NCBI RefSeq assembly: GCF_021290985.1
Contig: NZ_JAJOYU010000043.1
Span: 1 to 27,396, forward strand
DNA length: 27,396 nucleotides
Source: Rheinheimera soli
GTDB taxonomy: Bacteria > Pseudomonadota > Gammaproteobacteria > Enterobacterales > Alteromonadaceae
Reading direction: 5' to 3'
Below the pieces are notes generated by a model. The model was given only the letters and a program-made list of their open reading frames with translations. It had not been told where the DNA came from and did no database searches. Below, one piece after another: positions 23,356 through 27,396 of this stretch (the stretch's first letter is position 1; every line of letters begins with the position of its first letter). Position numbers and translations under genes: made by a program.

Positions 23356-24339
23356 GCCACGGCTGATCAGTCTGAATGGTAGTTTGCTGGCCACTACATC
23401 AGTGCGTTCATCCAGCAAATAATTAAAGGCCCAACGCCCCATTTCATAGTGAGGCAATGCCATTGTGGTCAGACTGGGCTGCAATAGCTCAGGGATCAGA
23501 TCCCAGTTGTCAAAACTGCCAATACCAATGTCTTCTCCCACTTTCAGGCCCAGAGACTGTAATACAAAATAAATTTCCATCGCCATCGGATCCTGACCAC
23601 ATAAAATAGCATCAGGTTTAAATTGTTTTATCACTTCGCATGCAGCCAGCCGCGCTCTTGAGATCAATTGGCCATCCTGTTCAACAATCACGGATTCAAT
23701 ATGCAAATTCTGCAATGACTCCCCCCGCTTTTCAAAAGCGCGGATAGCCCCGGCTTTACGCCCTTGTGCGGCAATAATACGCTCATCAAGATTCAGAAAT
23801 GCAATACGTCTATAGCCTTTATCCAGCATAGAGCCGACGATTTGTTCGCCTGCAAGCTCTTCATCCGGCACAACGGTCGCAAAACGCCCACAAGAGGTAT
23901 AACAATTCGCTAAAACAGTGGGAATTTGAGTCAGGCTATCGGGCAAACTGACCTGACGATGGTACATAGACGCATAGATAATGCCTTCAGCTCTGTGTTG
24001 GAATAAATGATCCACTGCAGCCTCCAGACTATATTTGTGCTCATTAATGTTCAGCACCATCAACTCTCTGTTGTGTTTCCACGCCATTTCCTGGGCACCG
24101 CGGATTAAATCAAAGGTGTATGGGATCCGTAACAACTCATCCGCAATAAAACCTATAACGCCGGATTTTTTACGTCGGGTCATCTGAGCCGCCCGGTTTG
24201 GGCGGTATCCCAACGCCTCAACAGACCGCAATACCTTCTCTCTGTTCTCTGGTTTTACCGTTGGGTCGTTGTTTACGACTCGGGCTACAGTTTTAAAAGC
24301 CACTCCGGCATGTTTTGCCACATCTTTAATAGTTACCAT
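23347..24339 (-). CDS. LacI-family transcriptional regulator
   Basis: MVTIKDVAKHAGVAFKTVARVVNN is an HTH, followed by a periplasmic-binding-protein-like sugar-binding core. The start is set at the ATG at 24339 (typical LacI N-terminus) rather than the ORF-track start at 24372. It overlaps the permease gene convergently by 9 nt. Confidence 0.85.
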   Translation of the reverse strand: MVTIKDVAKHAGVAFKTVARVVNNDPTVKPENREKVLRSVEALGYRPNRAAQMTRRKKSGVIGFIADELLRIPYTFDLIRGAQEMAWKHNRELMVLNINEHKYSLEAAVDHLFQHRAEGIIYASMYHRQVSLPDSLTQIPTVLANCYTSCGRFATVVPDEELAGEQIVGSMLDKGYRRIAFLNLDERIIAAQGRKAGAIRAFEKRGESLQNLHIESVIVEQDGQLISRARLAACEVIKQFKPDAILCGQDPMAMEIYFVLQSLGLKVGEDIGIGSFDNWDLIPELLQPSLTTMALPHYEMGRWAFNYLLDERTDVVASKLPFRLISRGSL

Positions 24340-24568
24340 AGCCGGTGCTTTCTCCAATAAGCCTGTTCGCATATTTCATCGCTTTTCGCCATCCCCACTT
24401 GATACCATCTGGTTGCTTTCTGGTTAAAGACAACATCAAACCCTATATCAGATTTGGCTTCTGGGTCAATTCCTTCATATCTTGCCTGAAATCCATAGCA
24501 GCTGAAACCGAACGTATTGATTTTCGACAAGAAAAAACCGCTGCTGTAATACGGCATAATTCCCTACC

Positions 24569-24582
24569 AAAAGACAACGTTG
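24569..24582. promoter_or_regulatory. Second copy of the candidate LacI-family operator
   Basis: AAAAGACAACGTTG is identical to 13884..13897 and lies upstream of the LacI gene. A related half-site AAAGACAAC is at 24426..24434. Confidence 0.4.
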
Positions 24583-24610
24583 CCCCTAACTTATCGGACT
24601 ACAGCTCATT

Positions 24611-24803
24611 GGCATTTTGCAGGACAGCAAAATGTAAAACAATCGCCGGGAGCGATTGTTAACAGCGGAGCGCAGCGACGATGGCCTGAGCAGGCATTTT
24701 GCAGGACAGCAAAATGTAAAACAATCGCCGGGAGCGATTGTTAACAATGGAGCGCAGCGACGATGGCCTGAGCAGGCATTTTGCAGGACAGCAAAATGTA
24801 AAA
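24611..24803. repeat. 82-bp tandem repeat, about 2.35 copies, each unit carrying two perfect hairpins
   Basis: Units start at 24611, 24693 and 24775. Copies 1 and 2 differ at 2 of 82 positions, and copy 3 is 29 nt. Hairpin 1 is CATTTTGC-aggaca-GCAAAATG. Hairpin 2 is AACAATCGC-cggga-GCGATTGTT. Confidence 0.9.
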
Positions 24804-24827
24804 GCCAGCGCTTGTGCTACTGGCTTT
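24801..24827 (-). terminator. Probable rho-independent terminator of the HiPIP gene
   Basis: On the minus strand: AAAGCCAG-tagcacaagcg-CTGGCTTT followed by TACATTTT, 30 nt after the HiPIP stop. Confidence 0.55.
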
Positions 24828-24856
24828 GTGTGCATAAATCCAATGGGTTGAGCGAT

Positions 24857-25147
24857 TTAGCTTTTTTTCGCCCAGGCTGCACACCAACCTTCGGCATGAA
24901 CCAGCTTACCAGGGAAAATATTACACCCCCGTAACGCTTCGCCATCTTTGCCTTGTATCTGCATACAATTGGCACAGTTGGCGCCTTCAACAGTGGATTT
25001 TGCGACATATTTCATCGCCACTGCCATTGGATCGTCAGACTTCACCACTTCTTGAGCCACAGCATGCAAGGCTGTACCGCCTAAAGTGATACCTACTAAG
25101 GTCGAAGCCGATAGTTTTAAAAAATTACGTCTGTCTAAATTTCCCAT
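24857..25147 (-). CDS. High-potential iron-sulfur protein (HiPIP) with a Tat signal peptide
   Basis: Twin-arginine motif DRRNFLK. The four-Cys pattern CANC...C...C with a C-terminal GWCAAW is present. A GGAG RBS precedes the start. Confidence 0.9.
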   Translation of the reverse strand: MGNLDRRNFLKLSASTLVGITLGGTALHAVAQEVVKSDDPMAVAMKYVAKSTVEGANCANCMQIQGKDGEALRGCNIFPGKLVHAEGWCAAWAKKS

Positions 25148-25313
25148 CTTTTACTCCGTTTTGTCTTTGGTTGTATCAAGGTGTTCTGCCCCTTGATAGA
25201 TAACGCTACGGAGTATGTGGCAAAGAAGACTACTTTGATTTGATCTAAAGCAGTGTCTGGTTGGAATAATCTGGCAAGTTCAGCAGACAGCAGTTACGGA
25301 AACGCGCACAACC

Positions 25314-26078
25314 TCAGGATTTAGTCACATAAAACTTCAACCACTGCGCTATGGTGCCTTGCTGTTGTTGCTCACGCAGATACTGATTAAAAGCCGCCAG
25401 TTGGGGTTTCCAGCGTGGATGAAAAGCCACGGTTAAACCTACAGGACTAAAGCCAGTAGCAGAGCGGTACAGTTGTTTGTCAGGAAAGTGATGATGCAAC
25501 AACCAGTTAGCGACATGCTCATTCATAAAGGCAAAATCACACCGGCCATTGAGCAACATATTCAGTTGAGTCAGTTCACTGGACGAGTCCACTCTGGCCG
25601 TCTCATTGGTCTGAAAAAATGGCGTTAAGGAGTCATAAATATAATACTGGCGGGTGCAGATGGCTTTACCTCTCACCCAGTCCGCTAACTGCCCTTGCGC
25701 GGCCAATGGCTGGCGGGCGAATAAATAATCCTTATGCTCTAATAACGGTTCGGAAAACAGCAGTTGATCAGGATGTTGAGTCCATTCTTTTGCCAGTAAA
25801 ATGGCATCCACTTCTCCCTGATAGAGCCTGTGTTCAGCACGGGTTCTGTTATCGGCCACATACTGAACACGAATATTTTGTTGTTGGAAAAAGTCCTGTA
25901 ATACTTCAGGCACCAGCCCTACTACTTTTTGTGTTTTTTCGTCCTGATACATGTAAGGCGGTACTTGCGGGTAATACAACACAAATTTCAGATCGGTAGT
26001 TTTGGGTGCAGCCTGAACTGAGGTGATGGCCCCAAGCGTTGTTAGCAGTATCAAAACACTTACTTTCCATAGTTTCAT
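25314..26078 (-). CDS. Orphan periplasmic substrate-binding protein (family 3, amino-acid-binding-like)
   Basis: Signal peptide MKLWKVSVLILLTTLGAITSVQA, with a two-lobe SBP-like sequence. The start was moved from 26153 to the ATG at 26078, which gives a normal signal peptide. No adjacent ABC permease or ATPase gene is present. Confidence 0.7.
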   Translation of the reverse strand: MKLWKVSVLILLTTLGAITSVQAAPKTTDLKFVLYYPQVPPYMYQDEKTQKVVGLVPEVLQDFFQQQNIRVQYVADNRTRAEHRLYQGEVDAILLAKEWTQHPDQLLFSEPLLEHKDYLFARQPLAAQGQLADWVRGKAICTRQYYIYDSLTPFFQTNETARVDSSSELTQLNMLLNGRCDFAFMNEHVANWLLHHHFPDKQLYRSATGFSPVGLTVAFHPRWKPQLAAFNQYLREQQQQGTIAQWLKFYVTKS

Positions 26079-26259
26079 TGTTTTACCTGTCAAACCAAAG
26101 CAGAACATCGCTGTGTGTAAAACTGATAATACAAGCATTAGTGTTTTTATCAAATAGTTGTTTTTAACCTGCCCGGCCTAAAATTTTCTGTTCAGCTGTT
26201 GTCAGTAAAGCTTTGGTGACATAGAGTGCCGCCACAGTCTTTTTTGAATCTTATCTCTT

Positions 26260-27396
26260 ATGAAACATCATCTTTTGTGGCTTGGCATCGCCAGCTTGGT
26301 TTTATCGGCCTGCAGCCAAACCCCTTCCGGCATTCATCAGTCCAATCAGTTTGCCAATAATGGATTGGATAAAAAAGCCAAAGCATTGAATGGCACTTAC
26401 AAGTTGCAACCAGAAGCCGCCTTAAAAACGCAATGGCTGACCCCGGAATTGTTGGCAGGCCTTGAAGAACAACTAAAATACTTAAACAAAAAGTCAGTGC
26501 CACAGCAGCATAACTTGCCGGGTTTAGCAGTCAGTAAAACTCAGTTGCAACAAACAATACGCGATTTACAAGCCTGGGCAGACCAACCGTTAGCGCAAGG
26601 CAGTAAGGCCTTTGCCTTGTATCAGTTGGCCGGTGAAGATGGCAAAGGTAATGTGCAATTTACCGGTTATTATGTGCCGGTATTTAAAGTACGCTCGACA
26701 CCGGATGCAGAATACAAATACCCTATTTATCGCAAACCTGCTGGTTTAAGCCAATATCCCAGCCGTGAACAAATCGACTTTGAACAGGCTTTGGCCGGGC
26801 AAGGGCTGGAACTATTTTACAGCAACAGTCTGGTCGATAATTTTTTTATGCAGGTACAAGGCTCTGGCGTGGTTGAAGATGAGTACGGCCAACAGCATTT
26901 GCTAAGTTATGGCGGCGGTAACGGCCATTCGTATCGCAGTTTAGGTAAAGTGCTGATTGAAATGGGCGAATACACTGCGGACACCATTTCTGCCACAGCC
27001 ATTAAAGAATGGCTGGCCAAACATCCGGACAGACAACGTGAGCTGATGAGCCGCAACCCAAGCTACACCTTTTTCTCGCCGGGCTTAGATAAACCTGTAG
27101 GTGCCGCCAATGTGCCTTTAACTCCACTGCACTCCATAGCCGTTGATCCGGCTTTTATTCCTTTGGGTTCAATAGTACTGGCGCAAGTGCCGTTGCTGGA
27201 TGACAAAGGTGAATTAACAGGCCATGAGTTCAGATTGATGCTGGCGCAGGATAAAGGCGCCGCTATTAAAACGCCTGGTCGTATTGATGTGTATCAGGGG
27301 ATTGGAGATGAAGCTCAGCAGCGCAGCGATAGCTTACGTCACTACGGCAAAATCTGGCTGGTGTTGCCAAAACAAGGATCAGAGCCACAGCTCTGA
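26260..27396 (+). CDS. mltA: Membrane-bound lytic murein transglycosylase A
   Basis: Lipobox LVLSAC. Motifs TGYYVPVFKV...YPIYRKP and ...QDKGAAIKTPGRIDVYQGIG are characteristic of MltA. The stop falls at the window end. Confidence 0.9.
   Translation: MKHHLLWLGIASLVLSACSQTPSGIHQSNQFANNGLDKKAKALNGTYKLQPEAALKTQWLTPELLAGLEEQLKYLNKKSVPQQHNLPGLAVSKTQLQQTIRDLQAWADQPLAQGSKAFALYQLAGEDGKGNVQFTGYYVPVFKVRSTPDAEYKYPIYRKPAGLSQYPSREQIDFEQALAGQGLELFYSNSLVDNFFMQVQGSGVVEDEYGQQHLLSYGGGNGHSYRSLGKVLIEMGEYTADTISATAIKEWLAKHPDRQRELMSRNPSYTFFSPGLDKPVGAANVPLTPLHSIAVDPAFIPLGSIVLAQVPLLDDKGELTGHEFRLMLAQDKGAAIKTPGRIDVYQGIGDEAQQRSDSLRHYGKIWLVLPKQGSEPQL

Noticed and set aside
24611-24803. Possible CRISPR array
   Set aside because: The units are 82 bp and directly abutting with no unique spacers. 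Only about 2.35 copies are present, and there are no cas genes in the window.
24345-24934. Plus-strand ORFs 24345..24662 and 24656..24934, with the recurring peptide AFCRTAKCK
   Set aside because: They are translations of the 82-bp tandem repeat and the terminator region. The repeated peptide reflects repeated DNA. There is no RBS or family resemblance, and they run antisense into the HiPIP gene.

Overview
This window looks like a chromosome segment from a gammaproteobacterium. That assignment is an inference from a tRNA-Val(GAC) nearly identical, from memory, to the enterobacterial one, plus MltA, HiPIP, a GGDEF-EAL sensor and Shine-Dalgarno sites. The window has two parts. (1) Positions 1 to about 5600 are a visibly AT-rich island associated with an integrase, abutting the 3' side of tRNA-Val (5613..5689, minus strand). 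It contains the C-terminal end of a lambda-Int-type integrase and a decayed second integrase 3' remnant, which suggests tandem accretion. All cargo is on the minus strand and looks like phage defence: a 755-aa protein combining a PD-(D/E)xK nuclease domain with a NACHT-like STAND NTPase; an SRA-HNH (type IV, modification-dependent) endonuclease split by one in-frame TAA; and a RexA/RexB-like pair followed by an unassignable 115-aa acidic protein. (2) Positions 5.7 to 27.4 kb are ordinary-composition core DNA. They encode a GNAT acetyltransferase, an NPP-family phosphodiesterase, a Fic protein, a PAS-GGDEF-EAL sensor and a two-domain FabG-like SDR. A fructan/sucrose utilisation locus follows: SusC-like TonB-dependent transporter, SusD-like lipoprotein, MFS sugar porter, GH32 lipoprotein, LacY-family permease and a convergent LacI regulator. 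The window ends with a structured 82-bp tandem repeat, HiPIP, an orphan periplasmic binding protein and MltA. The most interesting items are the defence island modules, the SusC/SusD pair in a proteobacterial context, a shared palindromic candidate operator, and the hairpin-rich tandem repeat. No att repeats, CRISPR array or IS element could be identified by eye. All family assignments rest on motif recognition, not database searches.
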